Made by a program: the position numbers and the translations under genes. Under the pieces are notes generated by a model. It saw nothing but the letters and a program-made list of their open reading frames with translations, did not search any database and had not been told where the DNA came from. Below are positions 20,392 to 28,207 of a stretch of 64,000 bases of DNA, piece by piece. Within the stretch, counting starts at the first letter, position 1; every line of letters starts with the position of its first letter. The DNA is from an uncultured Eubacteriales bacterium (lineage in GTDB: Bacteria > Bacillota > Clostridia > Peptostreptococcales > Anaerovoracaceae): NCBI GenBank assembly GCA_900545135.1, contig UQXL01000004.1, positions 1,886 through 65,885 on the forward strand. Direction: 5' to 3'.

Positions 20392-20904
20392 TTACTTCCC
20401 TCTGCCATAAGCGCTCTCATCTCTTCTAAAATCTTCCTGAGTTTCTTTTTTCAGCTCTTCTTTCATAATTTCAATGGTTGCCGTATATATCTCTTTTTCT
20501 TTTACGATGCTTCTCTCCTTTTCAAAAAAAGGAAAGACATAAGTATCGATTTGCCTTCTTAATCCCTGCATGCAATTTTCCATTTCATCGGCAGTATCGC
20601 CGTATTTTATCCAGCCGATATTGCTCGTAGGTCTATTATTCGACATCAAATAAGCAAGAGAATTTGTGCTTCCGATAAAATTAGATGGATGTCCGTTCCA
20701 GTTTTTATTATATCCAATGCCGCATTCAGAAATCACCAGTTGATTATACGGCTTGCCCTCTCTTTGGAAAAGAATGTAGCTGTATAGTTCTTCGTCTTCC
20801 CTTTTACGAAATAAATAGAAATTTCCCCATGCCCTTGTCAGTTGATACTGCGGGAAACAGTCTCTCATCATCTTTTCAAGAAACGGTTTTATAATTACTT
20901 TCAT
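20392..20904 (-). CDS. Hypothetical protein
   Basis: 170-aa ORF with a decent coding look. No motif was recognised. Confidence 0.4.
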   Translation of the reverse strand: MKVIIKPFLEKMMRDCFPQYQLTRAWGNFYLFRKREDEELYSYILFQREGKPYNQLVISECGIGYNKNWNGHPSNFIGSTNSLAYLMSNNRPTSNIGWIKYGDTADEMENCMQGLRRQIDTYVFPFFEKERSIVKEKEIYTATIEIMKEELKKETQEDFRRDESAYGRGK

Positions 20905-20954
20905 TGCTGATACTCCTCATCATGCCGATACTCAGGCATCATGCCCTGATTCAT

Positions 20955-21290
20955 CTATACTTTATGATTTGGCACCACAGCGAAATACAGCAAGTCATCG
21001 CTGCTGTCATTTATCAAACTGTGCTGGCAGCCCTCAGGGCAGTAATGCACGTCCCCCGCTTTAAGTTCCTCATATTCTCCCTCAAAAAGAGCTTTTCCCT
21101 GACCCTTCTGAATAAATATAACTTCACTGCTGCCCTCATGTCTGTGCAGGCCGATCGTAGCGCCCGGAGCCAGCTTGCCGAACATCACACGGTTATTGTC
21201 GTCCGTAAACATCTTTGCCTCCGTATCCTTTTCCCCGCCCTTGAAATTATGCAGTATCTGAGTTTCCATATTTTCAAAATCAATTATCAT
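20955..21290 (-). CDS. Cupin-domain protein
   Basis: 111 aa with cupin motifs (G..HRHEG..E, GD....P.G..H). Confidence 0.6.
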   Translation of the reverse strand: MIIDFENMETQILHNFKGGEKDTEAKMFTDDNNRVMFGKLAPGATIGLHRHEGSSEVIFIQKGQGKALFEGEYEELKAGDVHYCPEGCQHSLINDSSDDLLYFAVVPNHKV

Positions 21291-21431
21291 TACGTTTATC
21301 CTCCGCGAAATCGTCTATTTTGTTTATCATTTTATCATAAACGGAAACGATTTGGCACAGATTAGGGCGAAGTTTTGAAAAATTTTGTCAAAGTTCGTCG
21401 GTTATGTTACAATGCTATGGGAGGTGCAATC

Positions 21432-22058
21432 ATGGTAAAAGACTCTGACATAAATAAGATACTGGATATACTTGAAGAAACATATCCAGAGGCCGAATGT
21501 GCCCTTAAGCACGTAAACACGTATCAGCTCATAGTGGCCGTCGTGCTCTCGGCTCAGACCACCGACAAAGCGGTAAATCTGGTGGCCCCGGCCCTGTTTG
21601 AAAAATACCCCACTCCTTACGAGCTGGCGGAAGCTGAGCCTGAGGAAGTGGCTGAATACATAAAACGCATAGGAATGTACAAGACAAAGTCTAAAAACAT
21701 AGTCGGCCTGGCCAAAGCTTTAGTGGAAAATTACGGTGGAGAGGTCCCTGACAATTACGACGCTCTGGTCGCTCTTCCCGGAGTCGGCAGAAAGACGGCC
21801 AACGTGGTGCTTTCCGTAGGCTTCGGACATCAGAGGATAGCCGTAGACACTCATGTTTTCAGAGTGGCCAACAGAATAGGTCTTACTGCTGAAAAAGACG
21901 TGCTGAAAACTGAGCTCTCGCTGATGGAAAGGATCCCGGAAGAAAGGTGGTCCAGAACCCACCACAGCCTCATCTTCCACGGCAGGCAGTGCTGTGACGC
22001 GAGAAAGCCAAAATGCGACAGCTGCCCCATCGAGGAATACTGCGATTACGTGAGATAA
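21432..22058 (+). CDS. nth: Endonuclease III (DNA glycosylase / AP lyase)
   Basis: A gggagg RBS precedes the ATG at 21432. Contains an HhH-GPD motif and the C-terminal 4Fe-4S loop C-X6-C-X2-C-X5-C. Confidence 0.9.
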   Translation: MVKDSDINKILDILEETYPEAECALKHVNTYQLIVAVVLSAQTTDKAVNLVAPALFEKYPTPYELAEAEPEEVAEYIKRIGMYKTKSKNIVGLAKALVENYGGEVPDNYDALVALPGVGRKTANVVLSVGFGHQRIAVDTHVFRVANRIGLTAEKDVLKTELSLMERIPEERWSRTHHSLIFHGRQCCDARKPKCDSCPIEEYCDYVR

Positions 22059-22744
22059 ACGACAGACCGCAGGCATAGAGCCTGCGGTCTGTCGTTTTCT
22101 ACGTCAAAGATTATCAGGCCGCCCTTTCTCTCGTAGCCTGTCTGCCACAATTCATCGAAGTCAAGCCACACGAATTCACCGTAGGACACTACCTTTACCA
22201 TCAGGTGACCTGCGTTCTCGCCGCCTGTAGAAATTTCTTTGTCATCGGCGTTCTCGCCGCCATCTCCGCACTCCCAATATCCCGTAAGCATGAACCAGTG
22301 CCATTCAAAATCCTTGAACTTACTGTCCTTATGCTTGAGATTGAGACATGGCAGCGGTATTTTTTTGTCTATCTGGCTTTTAACGATTTTTTTCGCTTCT
22401 TCAAGACTGCCCTTTCCGGAAAACCCTCTGATGCTGATTCTGTTTTCACCGATGTCTCTGAGATAATCCGTCAGGCCCTCTATGTATATATCAAGGCTGT
22501 CTATCCCCTGCCATCTCGGGCGAAGATAAGGCTTCATCACCCTTGAAAAGGCTTTATATGACTTGATCGTGATTTCTGATGTTTCTATTGGGCAACACTC
22601 TGTCAGTCCCATGTACTTGCTGAAATATATCAGGCTGTCGCAGGCTGTCACGGCGGCGCAGCCGCCGCCCTTCATCATAGGGTCTGTGAATTTTTCCTGA
22701 TTCCATCCGTATGAACCGCCTACTGTATAATATTCCAATTCCAT
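22046..22744 (-). CDS. Hypothetical protein, possibly a papain-like (C39/BtrH-like) cysteine peptidase fold
   Basis: 232 aa. The N-terminal GGGCAAVTACDS and a later EWHWFMLTG fit a Cys...His pair. Assignment is by pattern only. Confidence 0.35.
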   Translation of the reverse strand: MELEYYTVGGSYGWNQEKFTDPMMKGGGCAAVTACDSLIYFSKYMGLTECCPIETSEITIKSYKAFSRVMKPYLRPRWQGIDSLDIYIEGLTDYLRDIGENRISIRGFSGKGSLEEAKKIVKSQIDKKIPLPCLNLKHKDSKFKDFEWHWFMLTGYWECGDGGENADDKEISTGGENAGHLMVKVVSYGEFVWLDFDELWQTGYERKGGLIIFDVENDRPQALCLRSVVYLT

Positions 22745-22817
22745 ATAAACGCTATCTTACCTTTCAGAATTTTTAAATCATTCTGCCGGCCGGCACCCCG
22801 GCATGGCTCTCTTGGGA

Positions 22818-23162
22818 CTATCTGACCGGAGTATAACTTATCTCAGATTCTTCATCCGTAGCCTCAAGCTTCATGATCACGGGACGCAGTCCGTCGTTGC
22901 AGCTGACTATGGCCACGTTGGGCTTTCTGATCCAGTCGCCGTAATAGAAAAGCTCTTTGCCGCAGCCGTGAGCCAGAGCGAACACATACTGATAGATGGC
23001 TTTCCACGCCTCGTCGCAGAATCCCTCAGGCTTGGCATAATCCGCATAAAACACCTGCCCCTTTTTCATCATAGGGCAGGCGTCGAGTCCCTCAGCCCCG
23101 TATTCTGCCGCCAATTCCTTATCCAGAGTCGTTTTAAGAATGGTTATCTTTACTTTTTTCAT
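22818..23162 (-). CDS. Small cysteine-containing hypothetical protein (possibly TIGR04076-like)
   Basis: 114 aa, MKKVKITILKTTLDKELAAEYGAEGLDACP.... The family assignment is from memory only. Confidence 0.4.
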   Translation of the reverse strand: MKKVKITILKTTLDKELAAEYGAEGLDACPMMKKGQVFYADYAKPEGFCDEAWKAIYQYVFALAHGCGKELFYYGDWIRKPNVAIVSCNDGLRPVIMKLEATDEESEISYTPVR

Positions 23163-23172
23163 TTCGTTATGC

Positions 23173-23225
23173 CCACCTATTTTCGCCTACAAGTCTATTT
23201 TCGCCTGCGCGCCTATTTTCGCCGT
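23173..23225. promoter_or_regulatory. Three direct repeats of CTATTTTCGCC phased at 21 bp, upstream of the minus-strand gene 22818-23162. Candidate response-regulator-type binding sites.
   Basis: cctattttcgcc at 23173, tctattttcgcc at 23194, cctattttcgcc at 23215. Confidence 0.4.
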
Positions 23226-23414
23226 TCTGTGATTTTCTTTTTTATGATTTTTCTTTTTATGGTTTTGTGATATTATACCTCTATAAGGGGAAAATTTAAA
23301 GTGCGGATTTTGGCAGCAGAGGCCAAATCAATCCGGGATTATCGGCAACATTTTTCTGTGCGAATCAGTTTTATTGAATTAAAGAGTCATTAAGTCAATC
23401 ACAGGAGCCTCAGA

Positions 23415-23975
23415 ATGAAATTTTTAGACAAGCGGACAAACGAGATCAAATTGGCGTATTCCATCGAAAATGGCGGAGAAAAAGTATTGGTAAAATTTAC
23501 TGCCGAGGGAAAGGTGTACAAATACAATAGGGATAATATTGAAATACTTGATGAATCACAGCGAGCGGATTCACACATTATTTACCAAATCAAGCAGCAG
23601 TGCTATAAATGCAGAGCTGAAACAGCCATCTATACTTACATCGTATTTTCAGATGGTACAGATGAAGATGTTACATTTCCGTGGGATAAAGAGAGGTTAT
23701 TAAGAGGACAAAACATCTTTGCGCATCTTGAAGATCCCAGCATCGAATATTACGGTTTAAAAGTCATCGGCGGAAACAAAGAATTGGATGGGCTTCTCAT
23801 TAAAGAGTTCCCCGATAAAATCAAATCACAATACAGCAAAACGCAAAACCGAGTTTACCCTATGAATCTCTGTGAGCATTGCGGAGCAAAACAAGGCGAG
23901 TATTTTATCTATCGCCAAATAAACGAAGCAATAAAAAATATGGAAAAAATAACTGTGAAAGGATATACAACATGA
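23415..23975 (+). CDS. Hypothetical protein with a CxxC...CxxC zinc-ribbon-like pair
   Basis: 186 aa with CYKC...CEHC. Confidence 0.4.
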   Translation: MKFLDKRTNEIKLAYSIENGGEKVLVKFTAEGKVYKYNRDNIEILDESQRADSHIIYQIKQQCYKCRAETAIYTYIVFSDGTDEDVTFPWDKERLLRGQNIFAHLEDPSIEYYGLKVIGGNKELDGLLIKEFPDKIKSQYSKTQNRVYPMNLCEHCGAKQGEYFIYRQINEAIKNMEKITVKGYTT

Positions 23976-24103
23976 TAAAAGTACTGTTTGTTTGCCACGG
24001 CAACATCTTGAAAAGTCCCGAAAAAGCCTGTAAAATCAATGATTCTGTGGCAGATAAAGGCGTTTACTACACCACTACTACACCATTTTTGAAAGAACCT
24101 TGA
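23972..24103 (+). pseudogene. 43-aa remnant of a low-molecular-weight protein-tyrosine-phosphatase / ArsC-type gene (N-terminal CX5R P-loop only)
   Basis: MIKVLFVCHGNILKSPEKA resembles the LMW-PTP N-terminus (VLFVCLGNICRSP). The ORF stops after 43 aa, and its ATG overlaps the preceding stop codon. Confidence 0.55.
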
Positions 24104-24289
24104 TGTGACGAGTTTTAATAGACGAAAATGCAAGCGACGGTATTCCTAAGCAGGAGTACCGTCGCTTGCTGTATATCTGTATATAGTGAATGTGTGCCTT
24201 GAGCAAATGTTCATGTGTCATAAAGTAACACACAAGAATTTGATTGACAGCTCCCATTATTTCGTATCTTACAGAAAAATAATACTATG

Positions 24290-24314
24290 AAATTTATGAG
24301 TGACTCATAAATTT
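24290..24314. promoter_or_regulatory. Perfect 25-bp palindrome AAATTTATGAGT-G-ACTCATAAATTT in the promoter region of the PNPOx-like gene and HxlR gene
   Basis: Read directly; it is an exact reverse complement around a central G. A TTGACA -35-like box lies 45 bp upstream. Confidence 0.5.
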
Positions 24315-24405
24315 GCTAATATCTTGTTTGGCATAAGTTATTTTCTTATAATGAGCATAGCTCAAATAAAAGAGTACGAAATCAAATTTGGAGGTAATTC
24401 AAAAA

Positions 24406-24798
24406 ATGAATGAGAGTGTTTTGAAGCTGTTAAAAGCAGGTATGTGGGATTTAGCAACTTGTGCAGATGGCGAGCCGAATGTTGTTCCGGTTGCCTTTAA
24501 AGATGTAACAGAGGATGGTAAGCTGGTTGTGGGTGATGTGTTTCTGGAAACTACATTAAATAACATCAAAGCCAGCAATGGTAAAATCGCTATTTCTGTT
24601 TATGACCCGCAGAATTTGGAGGGTTATCAGATTAAAGGAACTGCTGAATATGTGACCGAAGGTGCCGTTGTCGATACCTTTAAGGCTGTGGTAGAAAAAA
24701 TGTTCAATGGAGCAGCTACAGCAAAGGGGGCATTGATTATTGATCCAGAAAAAGTTATTGTTACTACTCCCGGTGCTGACAATAAGAAGGTACTGTAA
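24406..24798 (+). CDS. Pyridoxamine 5'-phosphate oxidase-like (FMN-binding split-barrel) protein
   Basis: About 130 aa, MNESVLKLLKAGMWDLATCADGEPNVVPVAFKDV..., typical PNPOx-like family. Confidence 0.6.
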   Translation: MNESVLKLLKAGMWDLATCADGEPNVVPVAFKDVTEDGKLVVGDVFLETTLNNIKASNGKIAISVYDPQNLEGYQIKGTAEYVTEGAVVDTFKAVVEKMFNGAATAKGALIIDPEKVIVTTPGADNKKVL

Positions 24799-25027
24799 GA
24801 ACTGATGAATCAGGCGGGTGCAGAGTTTTAACAATTCTGTATCCGCCTTTTCAAAACAAAAAATGACGAAAACGGTTATTACCCCTCAAAAATGTATTCG
24901 ATGTAGAAAATGTGTATTCTTGTGTCATAAGCAGGCGCCACAAATAGAAATACACTAATAAATTACATAGTTACTTTTGTTTAAGAAGTCCGTATGATAC
25001 AATGGAAAGCGAAAGGAGAACTATATT

Positions 25028-25402
25028 ATGTATCAAAAAAAATTACAAGAAGATATTCGCTGCCCGTTGGAGTACGGCTTGGAAGTGTTTGGAGGAAAAT
25101 GGAAATCAAGAATCATTTGCGTACTTGCGGAAATGAAAACATTACGCTACAGCGAAATCAGAAAACAGATGTGCAACATAACAGATGCGGTTTTAGCATC
25201 AACTTTGAAAGAACTGATTGCCGATGAGATTGTCCACCGGAAATCTTATGATGAAATCCCTCCAAAAGTTGAATATTCTTTAACGACAAAGGGGCAATCT
25301 GTTGTGCCAATTCTTCAGAGTATTTGTAAATGGTCTGGCATTTTTTATAAAGACGATAATGAACATACAATGGCTCAATGTCAGAAATGTGATTACCGAT
25401 AA
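25028..25402 (+). CDS. HxlR-family transcriptional regulator
   Basis: CPLEYGLEVFGGKWKSRIICVL and a wHTH. Confidence 0.8.
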   Translation: MYQKKLQEDIRCPLEYGLEVFGGKWKSRIICVLAEMKTLRYSEIRKQMCNITDAVLASTLKELIADEIVHRKSYDEIPPKVEYSLTTKGQSVVPILQSICKWSGIFYKDDNEHTMAQCQKCDYR

Positions 25403-25431
25403 TATAAATTACACAATAAAAAGGGGGTGAC

Positions 25432-26025
25432 ATGAAGATGAGCATTTCTATGTTAGGAACACTTTCCTGTTATATGGTTATTAGCTCCTTTACACCCGGA
25501 CCGGGTAATATATTGGCTACGAATACAACTACACGTTTTGGTTGGAAAAAAGGAAAACGATTAATTTTAGGAATTTGCTGTGGATATTTTCTGGTTCAGA
25601 TGATTTGTACGTTGGCTCTATATAGTTTAAATATGGTACTTTCTCCTGTACTATCAATTTTAAAATATATTGGTGTAGCATATATGGTTTGGTTGGCAAT
25701 TTATATTGCTGTCAGCCATCCGGAAACCTCTCATTCCAATAAAGCACCAAGCTTCTCCACAGGTTTTCTGCTACAGCTGGTGAACATAAAAATTTATTTA
25801 TACATCAGCACACTGCTGACAGCTTATCTGATTCCATATATCGAGAGTTTGCCATTACTTATTTTAGCTGGAGTTGGAGTCACTGCTATAGGAAGTGCAG
25901 CTTCTGTTACATGGGCTTTGTTAGGTATCAAACTGCAATCCAGTTATAAGAAATATTTTCGCGTTATTAACATTACCCTTGCGCTTTTCTTGTTGTATTG
26001 TGCATGGGGGATTATAAAGGCTTGA
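25432..26025 (+). CDS. LysE/RhtB-family amino-acid exporter
   Basis: 197 aa, 6 TM, with the N-terminal FTPGPGN motif. Confidence 0.7.
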   Translation: MKMSISMLGTLSCYMVISSFTPGPGNILATNTTTRFGWKKGKRLILGICCGYFLVQMICTLALYSLNMVLSPVLSILKYIGVAYMVWLAIYIAVSHPETSHSNKAPSFSTGFLLQLVNIKIYLYISTLLTAYLIPYIESLPLLILAGVGVTAIGSAASVTWALLGIKLQSSYKKYFRVINITLALFLLYCAWGIIKA

Positions 26026-26043
26026 CAGATAAGGAGTGTAACT

Positions 26044-26444
26044 ATGAACATTCAATATACCGAAAAAAAATATTTACCGCAGAACAGATAGAAGAACTGT
26101 TTTTATCTGTAAAGTGGATTTCCGGAAAATATCCGGATAGATTATACCGAGCATTGCTCAATTCCTCTACGGTAATTACAGCATGGGACAATAAACGCTT
26201 AGTCGGTCTTGTCAGAGTTTTAGATGACGGCGGAATGGTAGCGTATATACACTATGTTCTTGTTCATCCAGACTATCATAAAAATGGAATTGCGGGTACC
26301 ATGATAAAGCAGGTGAAAGAGAAATACAAAAATTATCTATATCTTGAAGTTATGCCGGAAGAAAGCAAGAATGCTACTTTTTATGAACGCTTTGGATTTC
26401 AGGTAATGAAAGACGGAGTTGCCATGCAAATTTCTAATTATTAA
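26044..26444 (+). CDS. GNAT-family N-acetyltransferase, reading frame broken at an A8 homopolymer (26063-26070)
   Basis: The ATG at 26044, with a perfect AAGGAG RBS, gives MNIQYTEKK then a stop. After a -1 shift in the A-run the GNAT frame continues as IFTAEQIEELF..; acetyl-CoA motif RVLDDGG...HKNGIAGTM. The listed ORF (25998..26444) uses an upstream ATG with no RBS. Confidence 0.6.
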
Positions 26445-26452
26445 AATATTTC

Positions 26453-26854
26453 ATGAAAGAAAACAGCGATATGAAAGATGGAACAAAATGTCTGCATTCA
26501 GGATATTCTCCTAAAAATTCAGAACCGAGGGTAGTGCCTATTGTGCAAAGCACTACTTATATGCTGCGATGTGCGGATAACTCCATATATACCGGCATCA
26601 GCACCGATTTGCAGCGCCGTTTCGAGGAGCATCTCTCAGGCGGAAAAGACGGTGCCAAATACACAAAAAGCCGCGCTCCACTCCGAATCGAGCGGGCATG
26701 GACTTCACCGGATCGTTCATCCGCCTCAAAATTGGAATACGCTCTCAAAAAGCTGTCCAAATCAGCAAAGGAAGAACTCATACGATCTCCTGAAAAAATT
26801 TATTTGATTTTTAATGATAAACTTAATTGCAAAGTTTATAATCTTGTAGTATAA
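26453..26854 (+). CDS. GIY-YIG nuclease family protein (UPF0213/YhbQ-like) fused in frame behind a ~30-aa remnant of a Cys/Met-metabolism PLP enzyme N-terminus (MetY / methionine gamma-lyase-like)
   Basis: Residues 7-35, KDGTKCLHSGYSPKNSEPRVVPIVQSTTY, resemble O-acetylhomoserine sulfhydrylase N-termini (..LHAG....TGA.AVPIYQTTSY). Residues 36 onward, MLRCADNSIYTGISTDLQRRFEEH..GAKYTKSR..KLEYALKKLSKSAKEELI, form a GIY-YIG domain. Confidence 0.6.
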   Translation: MKENSDMKDGTKCLHSGYSPKNSEPRVVPIVQSTTYMLRCADNSIYTGISTDLQRRFEEHLSGGKDGAKYTKSRAPLRIERAWTSPDRSSASKLEYALKKLSKSAKEELIRSPEKIYLIFNDKLNCKVYNLVV

Positions 26855-26932
26855 TGATTCCGTTGTCGCTTGGCTGTATTGTATTTAACAGCGCAGCTCC
26901 GATTCAACTGAAAATTTACAATTACAAGATTC

Positions 26933-27007
26933 GCTGATGTGGCTCAATGGTAGAGCAGCTCATTCGTAATGAGCAGGTTGGGGGTTCGATTCCCTTCATC
27001 AGCTCCA
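26933..27007 (+). tRNA. tRNA-Thr (anticodon CGT)
   Basis: Manual cloverleaf: acceptor GCTGATG/CATCAGC, D-arm GCTC-AATGGTA-GAGC, anticodon arm GCTCA-TTCGTAA-TGAGC, T-arm GGGGG-TTCGATT-CCCTT, 3' CCA encoded. Confidence 0.85.
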
Positions 27008-27014
27008 AGAATAG

Positions 27015-27046
27015 AAAAATCAGAGCCGAAGCTCTGATTTTTTTTA
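27015..27046 (+). terminator. Intrinsic terminator after the tRNA, bidirectional because of the flanking A-run and T-run
   Basis: aaaaatcagagc-cgaa-gctctgatttttttt. Confidence 0.7.
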
Positions 27047-27051
27047 TTCTC

Positions 27052-27080
27052 ATATAATCCAAGGGAATCGAACCCTTGGG
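27052..27080 (-). other. tRNA-like T-arm plus acceptor fragment (CCAAGGGTTCGATTCCCTTGGATTATA on the minus strand) with no 5' half; a possible integration or deletion scar
   Basis: It shares the 15-mer GGGTTCGATTCCCTT with the T-arm of tRNA-Thr in inverted orientation. No complementary 5' acceptor strand was found upstream. Confidence 0.4.
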
Positions 27081-27297
27081 CACGAGCGCAGTGAGAAGCT
27101 CCGGTGGAGCTTCGAGCAGCGAGTGCTCCGAAGCCGAGCGGCTGCGAGGCAAGGAAGCAGTATTTGTTTTTCCTATTGCAATCACCGCCTTTTTGTGCTA
27201 TATTTAAGTCAAAAGGTAAGCTTAATGGCTAACCTTCTAAAATGATTTTAATATGTTTCTTAAAACCGTCTTAGTTGGATCAGACCTTAGGCGGTTT

Positions 27298-27372
27298 TTA
27301 CTTTCTGTGGTTATCTATACTGACTAACCCCATAATCATCAAAACAATTACAAGTATCTCATAGTCAGTCAT
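27298..27372 (-). CDS. Candidate 24-aa hydrophobic peptide ORF (MTDYEILVIVLMIMGLVSIDNHRK), type-I-toxin-like (Fst/Ldr-style)
   Basis: The ATG is preceded by GGAAAGG at 8 nt. It has one TM helix plus a charged tail and lies in a 460-bp intergenic region next to tRNA. Speculative. Confidence 0.2.
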   Translation of the reverse strand: MTDYEILVIVLMIMGLVSIDNHRK

Positions 27373-27510
27373 ATTTTGACCTTTCCGAAAGTCAACCGCT
27401 TTCGCCTATCCCCTTGACAATCATAATATACCATACTTGGAAAAACATATAAATGCACAAGAAGAAATATTCTCAAAATTTACCCATTTTTGAAAAATAA
27501 AATGCTTACG

Positions 27511-28206
27511 TTATAGCTCCGGCAACAATTTCGACTGCTCTTCCGGCATGACTTGCATTATCTTCTCCAAAAGCTCTTCAGGCTTTTCGGCCAGCACATC
27601 GGAGCCCTGCAGCTCTTCACGTAAGCCGAAGCCGTAAAGGCAGCCGACGAAGCTGCTGCCGCTGACTTTAGCACATTCCAGATCGCTCTTTCTGTCTCCG
27701 ACGACCACATACGGGCCGGGGAAATCGCTCTCGATACGGCCGATAATTTCAGTTTTAGGCAGATAGGCAAAGGATTCGCAGTCGTAAAACCTTTCAAACC
27801 ACCTGTCCATGCTGAACTGCTGCCAGTGTACTCTTGCATAGGAAGTCTGGCAGTTGCTGAGGACCGCCATGCTATATCCCCGCCTTTTCATCTCTTCGAG
27901 CGTTTTCCCGATACCATCATACCAGACGGCTTTTCCGGTAAGAACTGCTTCCTCCATATATGCGCCCACCATGTCCGAGGCTTTCTCCCGCAGTTCTCCG
28001 GGCAAATCCGGTAGAAAAGAATTCCACATCTCATATTTGTTCATGCCGAGCCAAGAAGCTATTCTTTGAGAAGAAACAGGCGGTATTTCAATGCTACAGC
28101 TCTCTTTCAGCCACCTGAAAGCTTCGCGCATGGCAGGCTCGTAGATGTTCATCGTATCATGGATTGTGCCGTCATAGTCAAAGATAATCGAATGTTTCAT
28201 CTTCAT
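27511..28206 (-). CDS. HAD-IA family hydrolase immediately downstream of ribH; candidate 5-amino-6-(5-phospho-D-ribitylamino)uracil phosphatase
   Basis: DYDGT motif I and HAD motifs. There is a 1-nt gap to ribH on the same strand. Confidence 0.7.
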   Translation of the reverse strand: MKMKHSIIFDYDGTIHDTMNIYEPAMREAFRWLKESCSIEIPPVSSQRIASWLGMNKYEMWNSFLPDLPGELREKASDMVGAYMEEAVLTGKAVWYDGIGKTLEEMKRRGYSMAVLSNCQTSYARVHWQQFSMDRWFERFYDCESFAYLPKTEIIGRIESDFPGPYVVVGDRKSDLECAKVSGSSFVGCLYGFGLREELQGSDVLAEKPEELLEKIMQVMPEEQSKLLPEL

Positions 28207-28207
28207 C

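Noticed and set aside
27050-27420. tmRNA (ssrA) spanning the tRNA-like T-arm fragment and the upstream GC-rich region
   Set aside because: No 5' strand complementary to the 3' acceptor (GGATTAT) was found. No tag-peptide-like reading frame ending in ..ALAA was found; the only small ORF encodes a hydrophobic peptide. There is no resemblance to the Firmicute tmRNA 5' end (GGGG.CG..).
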